Shown: in pieces, positions 9,513 through 19,076 of the stretch
Layout: each line of letters starts with the position of its first letter
How positions within the stretch are numbered: the first letter of the stretch is position 1
From: an archaeon
GTDB taxonomy: Archaea; Micrarchaeota; Micrarchaeia; Norongarragalinales; UBA97
Assembly: GCA_020057405.1 (NCBI GenBank)
Contig: JAGVFW010000003.1
Span: forward strand, 128,001 to 192,000
DNA: 64,000 bases
Direction of reading: 5' to 3'
Program-made: the position numbers and the translations under genes
The notes under the pieces: model-generated
What the model saw: only the letters and a program-made list of their open reading frames with translations
Told to the model about the DNA's origin: nothing
Database searches by the model: none

Positions 9513-10979
9513 CTACGCTTTGGCGGCCTCCGCTTTCTTTTCCTCGTGCTTGTGGTGGCCGTGCTCTTCCTTCTTCTCGACGCTCCTGAACTTGCGGCCG
9601 TAAGCCTCGAGGTGCTCGGGCTTGACGCGCTTGAGCTCGCCTTCTGGAATGTCGGCGAGGAGCTCCCAGCCGAGGTCGAGTGACTGCTCAATTGTGCGGT
9701 TCTCGTACTTTCCTTGCTGGACGAACTTGGACTCAAAGGCGTTTGAAAACGAGAGGAACTTCTTGTCGCGCTCCGAGAGGGCTTCCTCGCCTACGACGGC
9801 GACTAGCGAGCGCAGGTCGCGGCCTTCGGCGTAGGAGGCGTAGAGCTGGCTTGAGACTCCCGCGTGGTCTTCGCGCGTGCGCGCTGCTCCGATGCCGAGG
9901 TTCATCAAACGCGAGAGGGATGGGAGAACGTCGACGGGCGGGTACTGGTTCTTGCGGTGCAGCTCGCGCGAGAGCACGATTTGGCCTTCGGTGATGTAGC
10001 CCGTCAAGTCGGGGATGGGGTGGGTGATGTCGTCGTCAGGCATTGAGAGGATGGGCAGTTGCGTCACCGTTCCCTTCCTGCCGTGGATGCTGCCTGCGCG
10101 CTCGTAGATGCTTGCCAGGTCGGTGTAGAGGTAACCCGGGTAGCCGCGGCGGCCGGGAACTTCCTGGCGAGCCGACGAGAGTTCGCGCAAGGCGTCGGCG
10201 TAGTTTGTCATGTCAGTGAGGATGACGAGCACCTGCATGTCACGCTCGTAAGCGAGGTATTCGGCCGTCGTCAGGGCGAGGCGGGGGGTGATGATGCGCT
10301 CGATTGACGGGTCGTTTGCGAGGTTGAGGAAGAGGACTGCGCGCTCGAGTGCGCCGGTCTTCTCAAAGTCCTGCATGAAGAACGCGGCTTCGGCAAAAGT
10401 GATGCCCATTGCCGCGAAGACGACGACGAAGTCCTCCTTGTCTTCTCCGCCCTTGCCGTGGCTCGCGCCGCGGACGGTCGCCTGCCTGGCGATTTGGGCC
10501 GCCATCTCGTTGTGGGGCAGGCCGTTGCCTGAGAAAATCGGGAGCTTCTGGCCTCGGACGAGCGTGTTGAGCGCGTCAATTGTTGAAATGCCGGTTTGGA
10601 TGAAGTCATGCGGCTCTGCGCGGGCAACCGGGTTGATTGAGCTGCCGGTAATTTCGAGCTTTTCTTCTGCGATGATTGCCGGGCCCTTGTCGATTGGTTC
10701 GCCCGAGCCGTTAAACACGCGGCCGAGCATCTCGTCGCTTACTGGCATGCGCAGGATGTCGCCTGAAAATCGCACGCGCGTGAGCTTTGTGTCAAGGCCG
10801 GTGGTGTTGCCGAATACCTGCACGGCTGCCATGCCCTTGCTGGTCTCGAGCACTTGCCCGTTGCGCTTCTCGCCGTTGGGGAAAATGATTTGCACTAGCT
10901 CGTTGTACGCTGCGTTCTCGACGCCCTCGACAAAGACGATGGGGCCGAAGACTTCCCGGACTGTTTGAAATTCTTTCAT
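9513..10979 (-). CDS. atpB: A/V-type ATP synthase subunit B
   Basis: [49 protein letters not shown]. Confidence 0.98.
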   Translation of the reverse strand: MKEFQTVREVFGPIVFVEGVENAAYNELVQIIFPNGEKRNGQVLETSKGMAAVQVFGNTTGLDTKLTRVRFSGDILRMPVSDEMLGRVFNGSGEPIDKGPAIIAEEKLEITGSSINPVARAEPHDFIQTGISTIDALNTLVRGQKLPIFSGNGLPHNEMAAQIARQATVRGASHGKGGEDKEDFVVVFAAMGITFAEAAFFMQDFEKTGALERAVLFLNLANDPSIERIITPRLALTTAEYLAYERDMQVLVILTDMTNYADALRELSSARQEVPGRRGYPGYLYTDLASIYERAGSIHGRKGTVTQLPILSMPDDDITHPIPDLTGYITEGQIVLSRELHRKNQYPPVDVLPSLSRLMNLGIGAARTREDHAGVSSQLYASYAEGRDLRSLVAVVGEEALSERDKKFLSFSNAFESKFVQQGKYENRTIEQSLDLGWELLADIPEGELKRVKPEHLEAYGRKFRSVEKKEEHGHHKHEEKKAEAAKA

Positions 10980-10991
10980 TTTTCATCCCTC

Positions 10992-12731
10992 TTAGTTGGC
11001 AAACCACTTGTCTATTGACTTGATTGCGGCTTCAGCTTTCGCCTCGACTTCCTTCTCAGGCGTGCGCTTGAGTGAGGCAATGTCGCCCCGAACGGGCGCT
11101 TCAAGCACTTTTGATAGGGGCATGTCGACGGCGATTGCCGCGCTTGCCTTGTCGTAGAAGTGCAGGATGGTCCTTAGCATGACGTACTGCTTGCGCAGAG
11201 TGCAGTAGGCGTCAATCTCGTCGTAGCTGTTCTGCTGCAGGAAGTCCTCGCGAATCATCTTCGTTGCCTCAAGCACGAGCCGCTCCTTGTCTGGGAGCGC
11301 GTCGGGGCCGATGAGCTGGACGATGTTCTGCAGTTCAGCTTCCTTTTGCAACAGCGCCATTGCCTGGTTTCGGTGCTCAAGGAAGTCCTCGGAGACGTTG
11401 GTTTCGAACCACTCGCGGAGCTCCCCGCCGTAAAGCGAGTAGCTTTTCAGCCAGTTGATTGCGGGGTAGTGCCGCCGTCTTGAGAGGGCCGAGTCAAGGG
11501 CCCAGAAGACTTTCGTCACGCGAAGCGTGTTTTGCGAGACCGGCTCGGACAAGTCGCCACCGGGGGGCGAGACTGCACCGACGACGGTGACGCTGCCGCT
11601 GCGCTTTGGCTTGTCGCCAAGGCAGACTGCGCGGCCGGCGCGCTCGTAGAATTCCGCCAGGCGCCTGCCCAAATAGGCGGGATAGCCTTCCTCGCCCGGC
11701 ATTTCCTCCATGCGGCCTGAGATTTCGCGCATTGCTTCGGCCCACCTGGAAGTCGAGTCTGCCATGACTGCGACGTCAAGGCCCATGTCACGGAAGTACT
11801 CGGCGATTGTGATGCCCGTGTAGATGCTTGCCTCTCGGGCCGCGACAGGCATGTTTGAAGTGTTGGCAATGAGCACCGTTCGCTGCATGAGCGGCTTTTG
11901 CGTTTTCGGGTCCATGAGCTTGGGAAAGTTCTCAAGCACTTCGGCCATTTCGTTGCCGCGCTCGCCGCACCCGACGTAGACGATGATGTCGGCGTCAGAG
12001 TATTTTGCCAAGTCGGTCTGGTTGACGGTCTTGCCCGAGCCAAAAGGTCCGGGGATTGCGCCAGCCCCGCCTTTTGCGATTGGGAAGAAGGTGTCCATGA
12101 TGCGCTTGCCGGTGATGAGGGGGGGCTCGAAGTGTTTCTTTTCCTTGATTTCGCGGGGGAGGCGGACGGGCCACTTTTGCATCATCGTCACGTCTTTTCC
12201 GCCAATCTTTGCTATTGCTTGGGTGATGGTGTAGTTGCCGGCCGTGATTTCCGTAATCTTGCCGCTAATTCCTTTTGGCACCATGATTTTGTGCTCGATG
12301 TTGAATTCCGCGACTGTGCCGAGGATGTCGCCCTGCGAGACTGTGTCTCCGACTTTTGCTTTTGGCACGAACTTCCATTTCTTGGAGCGGTTTAGGGACG
12401 GCACGGTGACGCCGCGGACGATGAAGTCGCCGGACTTCTCGCGCACAGCGTCGAGGGGCCGCTGGATGCCGTCGAAAATGCCGGAAAGGAGGCCCGGCCC
12501 GAGCTCGACTGATAGGGGCGCGCCGGTGCCGTCAACGGGCTCGCCGGGGCGCAGGCCGCTTGTCTCCTCGTAAACCTGGATGGATGCCTCGTCGTTTTTC
12601 ACGGAGATGACTTCGCCTAGAAGCAGCATGTCACCTACGCGGACTAGCTCGTTGATTTGGACGCCGCGCATGCCGCCAGCGCGGATGACAGGACCCGAAA
12701 CTTTCGTGATTGAACCCATTTCAAACATCAC
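10992..12731 (-). CDS. atpA: A/V-type ATP synthase subunit A (no intein)
   Basis: [10 protein letters not shown]-loop, [30 protein letters not shown]; true start may be at 12728 or 12719. Confidence 0.98.
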   Translation of the reverse strand: MMFEMGSITKVSGPVIRAGGMRGVQINELVRVGDMLLLGEVISVKNDEASIQVYEETSGLRPGEPVDGTGAPLSVELGPGLLSGIFDGIQRPLDAVREKSGDFIVRGVTVPSLNRSKKWKFVPKAKVGDTVSQGDILGTVAEFNIEHKIMVPKGISGKITEITAGNYTITQAIAKIGGKDVTMMQKWPVRLPREIKEKKHFEPPLITGKRIMDTFFPIAKGGAGAIPGPFGSGKTVNQTDLAKYSDADIIVYVGCGERGNEMAEVLENFPKLMDPKTQKPLMQRTVLIANTSNMPVAAREASIYTGITIAEYFRDMGLDVAVMADSTSRWAEAMREISGRMEEMPGEEGYPAYLGRRLAEFYERAGRAVCLGDKPKRSGSVTVVGAVSPPGGDLSEPVSQNTLRVTKVFWALDSALSRRRHYPAINWLKSYSLYGGELREWFETNVSEDFLEHRNQAMALLQKEAELQNIVQLIGPDALPDKERLVLEATKMIREDFLQQNSYDEIDAYCTLRKQYVMLRTILHFYDKASAAIAVDMPLSKVLEAPVRGDIASLKRTPEKEVEAKAEAAIKSIDKWFAN

Positions 12732-12747
12732 CTTTTTGATAAAAAAA

Positions 12748-13062
12748 TTACTTGAGCTCGACGCCCATTACTTTTTTGATGAGAACGGCGATGCTCTCGC
12801 CGCCGGCGGCAACTGCCTTTTTTCCCGGCACCTCGATTACTGCCGGCTTTGCAAGAGACTGGAGCTGTTTTTGCGTCTTTTGCGATAAGGTCGACATGAC
12901 TTCCTGCGTGACTATCATGATGCCGGAGTCCGTGGCGGCAACTGCGGTTGCAACCGCTTCCTCGGCCTCTTGCGGCGTCGTCACGGTGCGCGCTTCGGTG
13001 ACGCCAGCTAGCCGAAAGCCGAGAACCGTATCAGCATCGCCAATGACGACTATTTTATCCAT
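12748..13062 (-). CDS. atpF: A/V-type ATP synthase subunit F
   Basis: [18 protein letters not shown]; IKKVMGVEL. Confidence 0.95.
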   Translation of the reverse strand: MDKIVVIGDADTVLGFRLAGVTEARTVTTPQEAEEAVATAVAATDSGIMIVTQEVMSTLSQKTQKQLQSLAKPAVIEVPGKKAVAAGGESIAVLIKKVMGVELK

Positions 13063-13066
13063 TTTT

Positions 13067-14086
13067 TTAACCTGCGCTTAGCACGCGCTCCCTGATTTCG
13101 TCCTTTACCTCAAACTGCGTAGCGTAAGCTATCTTGCGCAGCGAGTGGACTTCTTCGCGCTTGAGGTGGAGGAAAGCGACTGCGACTCCCATCGAGAGGA
13201 CGCCGCGGGAAAGCGTGCTTCGGGCCTTTCGAAGGAGGGCGCGCTCGAGCTCGACTTCGACATAGGGCAGGCCCTTTGCTTTTAGGAGTTCGACTAGAGG
13301 CGCGGGGGCGAGGAGCTTCTTTCGCGCAAAGACTTCAAGGGCGCCTTCAGGAGAATCCTGCAAGAGCATCTCGTTTGCCAAATACGCGCTGTTGACGGTG
13401 TAGGGGCGGAGCTTTTCTTTTGAGACGCCCGACTTCATCATCCGCAGAATCAAAAACGCGTTTGCAAAGTCCAGGCGGTCTTGAAGAAAGCCGCGCGTGA
13501 ATGCGTCCGGCGCGAATTTTAGGGCCGCGTGCAGTTCCACGTAGTACGCCCGGTCGAGTTCGGAGAGTATGATGCGGAAGTCCTTTGTCTTCTCAAAGTC
13601 CTTTTCAGCCGCGCGGACTGCCTTTGAGTAGCGGGACGCGCGAAGTATCTCAAGAGTGACTGCCAGGTCTGGGGCTGTAACCAAACGCGCAAGGAGGCCG
13701 ATGCTCTCGCGGTCAACTGGAATCAGGTTCTTCATCTCAATGGGCCTGCCCAGTGCCTTGCTGGCGACGATTTTCTTGATGTTGTTGAGCTCCCACTCGC
13801 GCATGAGGACGGCGTAGATTGGGAGGGCCGAGGGGGGAAGGAAGTTTGCGATGCGGCCGATGGTGGCGATGAGGTCGTCGTCTAGGGCGCGCTTGACTAG
13901 TTCGAGGCCCGTATATCTCGTGCTTGCGGATACGAAGGCGCCCTTGTACTCGCTTTCCTCCAGTAGCTCTACAAACTCGTCGAGCGTTCGCACGTCCATG
14001 AGCTCGCGCATGCGGTCGGGGTCAAAAAGCTTGCTCTTCATTGCTTTTAGCCGCGCGTTTGCATACGAGAAGGAAAGGTCAGCCAT
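13067..14086 (-). CDS. atpC: A/V-type ATP synthase subunit C
   Basis: Start reassigned to ATG 14086 (MADLSFSYANARLKAMKSKL); ELDRAYY; position in operon. Confidence 0.9.
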   Translation of the reverse strand: MADLSFSYANARLKAMKSKLFDPDRMRELMDVRTLDEFVELLEESEYKGAFVSASTRYTGLELVKRALDDDLIATIGRIANFLPPSALPIYAVLMREWELNNIKKIVASKALGRPIEMKNLIPVDRESIGLLARLVTAPDLAVTLEILRASRYSKAVRAAEKDFEKTKDFRIILSELDRAYYVELHAALKFAPDAFTRGFLQDRLDFANAFLILRMMKSGVSKEKLRPYTVNSAYLANEMLLQDSPEGALEVFARKKLLAPAPLVELLKAKGLPYVEVELERALLRKARSTLSRGVLSMGVAVAFLHLKREEVHSLRKIAYATQFEVKDEIRERVLSAG

Positions 14087-14807
14087 TGGCGCGCCTCTTG
14101 CTGCCCTTAGCGGGCTTCTTTGCCTTGCCGGCTTTCGCCTTGGCGGGCGTTGTCTTGAGTGTTTTTGCGGCCGCCGGCTTCTTGACCGCTTTTGCGGCCT
14201 TTGCCTTGCTTTGCGCAATGACTTGCTGCTTTCGCCGCTCTCCAAAGAGCTCGCCGTAGGCAACGCGCTTTAGCTCGACTGCATATTGCTCAAGGAGGCT
14301 CTCGAAAGTGTAGCTTGCGCGCACGCGGCCGCCTGCGTCCTGGGCCACCATGCCCCCTGTGCAGTCAAGTGCTTTTGTCTTTCCGAACTTGGCTGCCATG
14401 GACAAGTCTTCCTTGCGGCAGTAAATCACGGCGTCGCCGCCGAGTTCGGCAACCGCGTTTTTCGCCAGCTTGTTAAAGAGTTTCTCGTAGAGCTTGCGCT
14501 TTTCCCCGGCTTTTGCCGACGCGAGTTCTGCAAGCCGCTTTTGCAGCCTGCCCATCGCGGCCTGGATGACGCGCTCGCGCTCTTCAGCCATCACGCGCTT
14601 TGCTTTCAGGCGCGCGCTTGAGACTTTTCGCGCTTCGTCAACAGCTAGGGCCGCGCCCTCGACTTTGGCTGCCTCGACGATTGCGTTAGACTCATTGACT
14701 GCCTGCGTGAGGACTTCCTTGGCAGACTCGTGGGCTGAGGCTAGCACGCGCTTTTCTTCTTCGGCTGCGCTGTGGCGGAGTTCCTTTACAAGCTCTTCGA
14801 GGCCCAT
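14079..14807 (-). CDS. atpE: A/V-type ATP synthase subunit E with Lys/Ala-rich tail
   Basis: MGLEELVKEL coiled coil, GGMV...YTFESLL...ELFG, followed by ~50 aa basic tail. Confidence 0.88.
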   Translation of the reverse strand: MGLEELVKELRHSAAEEEKRVLASAHESAKEVLTQAVNESNAIVEAAKVEGAALAVDEARKVSSARLKAKRVMAEERERVIQAAMGRLQKRLAELASAKAGEKRKLYEKLFNKLAKNAVAELGGDAVIYCRKEDLSMAAKFGKTKALDCTGGMVAQDAGGRVRASYTFESLLEQYAVELKRVAYGELFGERRKQQVIAQSKAKAAKAVKKPAAAKTLKTTPAKAKAGKAKKPAKGSKRRANG

Positions 14808-14834
14808 TGGTTGCTCAAATCTCCAGTCTTTCTT

Positions 14835-15074
14835 TTACTTCGCGCCGGATATGATGAGAAAGGCGACGACGAAGCCGAGGATGACGAGCGTTTCGGGAAT
14901 TGCGAGGAACAGCAGCACAGAGCCTTCCTTGCCTTCCTTCTCCGCCATCAGGCCCATGCCTGCAGAACCGATTGCCGCTTGCGCGTAACCGGTGGCCAGG
15001 GCTGAAATGCCCAATGCGAGGCCTGCGCCGAGAGCGGCCAAACCGATACCAAGTCCTTCAACCATTTCTTCCAC
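14835..15074 (-). CDS. atpK: A/V-type ATP synthase proteolipid subunit K/c (single hairpin)
   Basis: Two Gly/Ala-rich TM helices; GYAQAAIG and IPETLVILG with the ion-binding Glu. Confidence 0.95.
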   Translation of the reverse strand: MEEMVEGLGIGLAALGAGLALGISALATGYAQAAIGSAGMGLMAEKEGKEGSVLLFLAIPETLVILGFVVAFLIISGAK

Positions 15075-15076
15075 CT

Positions 15077-16969
15077 CTAACGTGATTTGCTTAAGTTGTT
15101 CGTGTTACGCAGCGGGGCGAATGCCGCCCCGCCCCCGTGATAGAATTTCGAGAAGAACTCCACGTACTGGAGACGAAGGGATTGGATTCCGCTCTCGAAA
15201 AGGCCGAGGACGAGAGCCATGCCCTGGGCGACGATGAAGAGTGCGGCAAACGCTATGAAGGTCGCCAAGGCGGTTAGGAATGCGACTAGCTCAAAGCCAG
15301 CGGAAACGCTTGCCGAAAGCGTGGAGAATGCCGTGCCGACGGGAATCTGGTTGATGATTTGCGCCAGGATGACGCCGCTCATGCCAAGGGCCATGAGACG
15401 AAGGTATGACATGACGTTTGAGAGTAGGCTCGGGATTTCGACAACGGCCGGCACGCCTTCGAGGCGGTAGAGCGAGACTACCGCAATCAAGGCGATTGCG
15501 CCAAAAACTAGAGTAAGGGCAGGGTTGATGACGCCGACTTGCGTCAAAACGACGAGTACGAGGGACCACATGAGTGCGAGCCACGAGAGCTTGGCGTAGG
15601 CGTGCTTGCGGTCATGGTTCCAGTTGACGTAGACGCCGATGAGATAGCCGACGGTTAAGTGGATGACGCCGGCCGCAAGCGAGATGACCATCAGCGTGTT
15701 GACGCCCTCGGCGTTGCGCTCAAGCAGCCGCGGCAATGGCGTGCCGAAGATTGATTCGGCGCCGAAGAACTCGCCGTAGATGATGCCGAAGAAAATCGTC
15801 GAGACTGCGCTAAGGAACAGCATGCCGCCGATGTCTTTTAGGAACTCCGCCTTGGCTTTGAGACGAAGGTAGATGGCCATGATCACGGCGAGTGCGCCGT
15901 AGCCGATGTCGCCTAAAATCATGCCGAAGAAAATGGGGAAGGCGACGCCGATGAAGAGGGTCGGGTCGACTTCGCCGCTTTGCGGCAGGGAGAAGAAGCG
16001 CACGAGGAACTCGAAGCGGCGGATGAGGGGCGGGTTGGAAAGCATTGTTGGCGGCTGCTCGCGAACGCCGATGCGCTCGACCATCACCTTTTCGCCAGTT
16101 GCATCAGACATATCAGCCTGCATTTTGGCGAAGACTTTTTCGGGAACCCAGCCTTCGATGATTTCTACGAACGTTGAGCGGCCGAACTTGTTGGGCAACT
16201 CCGCCTTTTTGGCGTGCTCCTCAAGCTGAGTGCGCACGCGCGTGATTTGCTTGCCGTGCTTCGTTGCAAACTCTGCGAGGAACTCGGACTGCGTCTTTTG
16301 CTTCGCCTTGACGCTCTCGAGATCTGCCTTTGCCGCATCAAAGGCGGCCTGAAACGAGGCTGCAGTGGCTTTCGGCGCGGTCAGGCGGGTGCCGTGCTTT
16401 GCGAGTTCGCGCTCGGTGTCGCCGGCTTTTCGCGAGTCAACCGCGACTAGAGCGTAGTCGGCGTTGCCGTGCCTTAGCATTGCGGCGTCAAGGCGCAGCT
16501 TGCCTGCGGCGACGAGAAACTCTTTTGCATTGGAGGGCTTGAAGTAGAGAAGCGTTGCGCGATTGGTTGCGTCAAAGAGCTTGGGGTTAAGGGGCACTGC
16601 GGTAAACGGCTCGAGTTCGCGGGCGCGGCTTGCAAGCGACGACTGTTCCGAGCGCAGTTCTGAGAGCTTCTTTTCCGCCTCTGAAACGCCGGTGAGCTCA
16701 GCTTCGAGCTCGTGCGCTTCCTTTAGGAGGATATGGGCGGGAGCGAGTTCCTCAAAGGCGGCAGTTTCCTTGAGGCCGAGTGACTTTTCTGCTGCGCGAA
16801 GCGCGATGAGTGATTTTGAGAATTCCTCGAATGACGGCATTGGCAGGTCGGGAGTGCCCTGGCGCGAGCGCGTGATTTGGATTGCGCCGAATTCGTAGAG
16901 CGCGTCTACTGCCTTCTCCGTGCTTGACCTTGAGCACACGACGCGCACTTTCACCATTTTTTCAATCAT
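15077..16969 (-). CDS. atpI: A/V-type ATP synthase subunit I/a
   Basis: EGWVP, EVDPT, FFGMILGDIGYG, SYLRLMAL, LRLQYVEFFSKFY. Confidence 0.96.
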   Translation of the reverse strand: MIEKMVKVRVVCSRSSTEKAVDALYEFGAIQITRSRQGTPDLPMPSFEEFSKSLIALRAAEKSLGLKETAAFEELAPAHILLKEAHELEAELTGVSEAEKKLSELRSEQSSLASRARELEPFTAVPLNPKLFDATNRATLLYFKPSNAKEFLVAAGKLRLDAAMLRHGNADYALVAVDSRKAGDTERELAKHGTRLTAPKATAASFQAAFDAAKADLESVKAKQKTQSEFLAEFATKHGKQITRVRTQLEEHAKKAELPNKFGRSTFVEIIEGWVPEKVFAKMQADMSDATGEKVMVERIGVREQPPTMLSNPPLIRRFEFLVRFFSLPQSGEVDPTLFIGVAFPIFFGMILGDIGYGALAVIMAIYLRLKAKAEFLKDIGGMLFLSAVSTIFFGIIYGEFFGAESIFGTPLPRLLERNAEGVNTLMVISLAAGVIHLTVGYLIGVYVNWNHDRKHAYAKLSWLALMWSLVLVVLTQVGVINPALTLVFGAIALIAVVSLYRLEGVPAVVEIPSLLSNVMSYLRLMALGMSGVILAQIINQIPVGTAFSTLSASVSAGFELVAFLTALATFIAFAALFIVAQGMALVLGLFESGIQSLRLQYVEFFSKFYHGGGAAFAPLRNTNNLSKSR

Positions 16970-17337
16970 TTGGTTTCCTCGATGAGGGTCGAAAGCATTT
17001 TTGCGCTCGTTGGCTCGACTTTGGTCATTGCGACTTTGCGCATCTTCTCGGCGTCGAGCTGCGCGCGCTCGACGATTTTCTTTGCCTCGGCAAGCGTCTT
17101 TGCCTCGGCTACCTTAAGGAGGGCGGTCTTCTCGTCAACCGCTTTCTTGCGGGCGGAGGCTATGATGTCCTGGGCTTTTGCGCGGGCTTGGGCGAGCAGC
17201 TCGGCGGCCTTGGCCTTGGCCGCTTCAATGCGCTCCTGGGCTGCCTTCTCTTCCGCCATGAGGGCTTCCATTCCCTTGCTTATGCCCTCTACTCCAGTAG
17301 AAAGCGAATGAACGTGGCCGTCGCTACTCATTTTCAA
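16966..17337 (-). CDS. atpH: A/V-type ATP synthase subunit H/G
   Basis: Ala/Glu/Lys coiled coil; first gene of the operon, overlapping the atpI start; GGTGA SD upstream. Confidence 0.8.
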   Translation of the reverse strand: MKMSSDGHVHSLSTGVEGISKGMEALMAEEKAAQERIEAAKAKAAELLAQARAKAQDIIASARKKAVDEKTALLKVAEAKTLAEAKKIVERAQLDAEKMRKVAMTKVEPTSAKMLSTLIEETK

Positions 17338-17671
17338 TCACCGTACAAAATCGTATAGAGGGTGGGGCCCCCAACTGGGCCTCGCACAGCGTCGCGTGCA
17401 ACGAGGTCCTTCAAATGCCCCCAACTCCCAAAACTTTATGATAAAAAAAAAGAACAAAGGAATGTTATTGCCGCACGTATTTAAGCCATGCGGTGCCACT
17501 GCCCCTTCAAAGAAGGTCGGCGGCGGACTCGACAAAGTGTTTCGTCGCCTCTGCAGCGTCAAAGGCCATCTGGAAGATTTCCATTATCATTGACAATCAC
17601 CAATTGACCTAATAAAGTGGGAAAAGCATTTATTGGTTGCGTCTTTCGTAGTGTGGGAGGGGGGAAAGGAA

Positions 17672-18874
17672 ATGGAGGCGGCAAAGCGGCTAGACGGCAT
17701 CACTTACGCCATTCGCGACGTCATCGCGGCATCCCAGGAGCTCGAGAAGCAGGGCCGCACCATACTCAAACTCAACATAGGGGACCCCAACGCCTACGAC
17801 TTTGACACGCCCGACTACGTGAAAAAGGCGCTCCATGAGGCAATCGAGAGCAAGCTCAACGGCTATGCCGACTCGCAGGGCTTCCTGCGCCTGAGGCAAG
17901 CGATTGTGGCGCAGAACCATAGGCGCGGCTTTGACTCAACTACTGAAAACGTAGTTGTCTCAAGCGGGCTTTCGGAGGCAGTGAACTTCACTTACGCCAG
18001 CCTGCTTAACCCCGGCGACGAAGTCATGTCGCCTTCACCCACCTACCCGCAGTACGAGGCGCTGGCTAAATTCTATGGCGCGAAGAACACCTACTACGAG
18101 CTAGTCGAGGAAAACGGGTTTCTGCCCGACGTTGACGACTTAAGGAAGCACGTCACGGCCAAGACGAAGGCGATTGTCTTAATCAATCCAAACAATCCGA
18201 CTGGCAGCCTCTTGCCTGAAAAGGAAGTCAGGAAACTGCTTGACTTTGCGGGCGAGCACGGACTCGTCGTGATGGCGGACGAGATTTACAGCGAAATGGT
18301 CTTCGACGAAACTGCCGTTGCCGCAGCATCGCTTTCAAAAGACGTGCCCATTATTGCGATGAACGGCCTGTCGAAAAACTTTTTGGCACCCGGATGGCGC
18401 ATGGGCTGGGTGACGTTCTGCAACTTTCCGGACGACAACGTGAAAAAGGCGTTCATCCAGTTGTGCCGCCTGAGGCTAAGCGCGTCATACCCGGTAGAGT
18501 ATGCTTCGGCTGTTGCGCTTGAGAACACTGGCGAGTACGAGCCTGCGAAGAGACAGATGCTTGAGAAACTTCGCCGCCGGCGCGACTTGGCATTCAAGAG
18601 GCTAAATGAGATTCCGGGCATTTCGTGCGTGAAGCCGGGCGGCGCGTTCTACGCGTTTCCGCAAATCCACGACGAAAAGAACGTCTTTGCGGATGACAAG
18701 CAGTTTGTCTACGATTTGCTTGCCGAGCACGGAGTGCTGACGGTTTTTGGAAGCGGGTTTGCGGAAAAGCCGGGCAGCAAGCACTTCCGCATCGTCTTTC
18801 TACCGCCCGAAGAGACTCTTGAAAAGGCATTCGGCGAGATAGAAAAGTTCATGAGAAAAAGGGGGTTTGCATAA
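17672..18874 (+). CDS. PLP-dependent aminotransferase class I/II (alanine aminotransferase-like)
   Basis: LKLNIGDP, INPNNPTG, ADEIY, NGLSKNF..PGWRMGW, GAFYAFP, HFRIVFLP; ATG at 17672. Confidence 0.9.
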   Translation: MEAAKRLDGITYAIRDVIAASQELEKQGRTILKLNIGDPNAYDFDTPDYVKKALHEAIESKLNGYADSQGFLRLRQAIVAQNHRRGFDSTTENVVVSSGLSEAVNFTYASLLNPGDEVMSPSPTYPQYEALAKFYGAKNTYYELVEENGFLPDVDDLRKHVTAKTKAIVLINPNNPTGSLLPEKEVRKLLDFAGEHGLVVMADEIYSEMVFDETAVAAASLSKDVPIIAMNGLSKNFLAPGWRMGWVTFCNFPDDNVKKAFIQLCRLRLSASYPVEYASAVALENTGEYEPAKRQMLEKLRRRRDLAFKRLNEIPGISCVKPGGAFYAFPQIHDEKNVFADDKQFVYDLLAEHGVLTVFGSGFAEKPGSKHFRIVFLPPEETLEKAFGEIEKFMRKRGFA

Positions 18875-18920
18875 ACCCGGTTGGAAAATATTCGGTAGTG
18901 GCGATTGCAACAAAGCCGGC

Positions 18921-18937
18921 GCTAATGCCGCATTAGC
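18921..18937. promoter_or_regulatory. Perfect palindrome GCTAATGC-c-GCATTAGC upstream of the PPase gene
   Basis: 8-bp inverted repeat with 1-bp spacer in the 200-bp intergenic region. Confidence 0.4.
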
Positions 18938-19076
18938 CCGTTTTCATTACATATACAATTATAGTGCGAAATTCCGACAAAGTAATAAATAGCGGCGTGC
19001 GGTAAAGGGTATTCGCTGATTTTTTGCCGGCTTTATTCGGCTAGCTTCGTTTCATTTAATTTGGGGTGGGGTTTGG

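Noticed and set aside
10992-12731. Intein in ATP synthase subunit A
   Set aside because: Normal length (~579 aa), and GSGKTV is uninterrupted.
14087-14263. N-terminal extension of atpC in the ORF track
   Set aside because: It overlaps atpE; family similarity begins at MADLSFSYANAR (14086).
17338-17632. Short ORFs 17338..17562 (-) and 17396..17593 (+)
   Set aside because: No recognisable motifs; they span poly-A/T promoter-like sequence between divergent operons.
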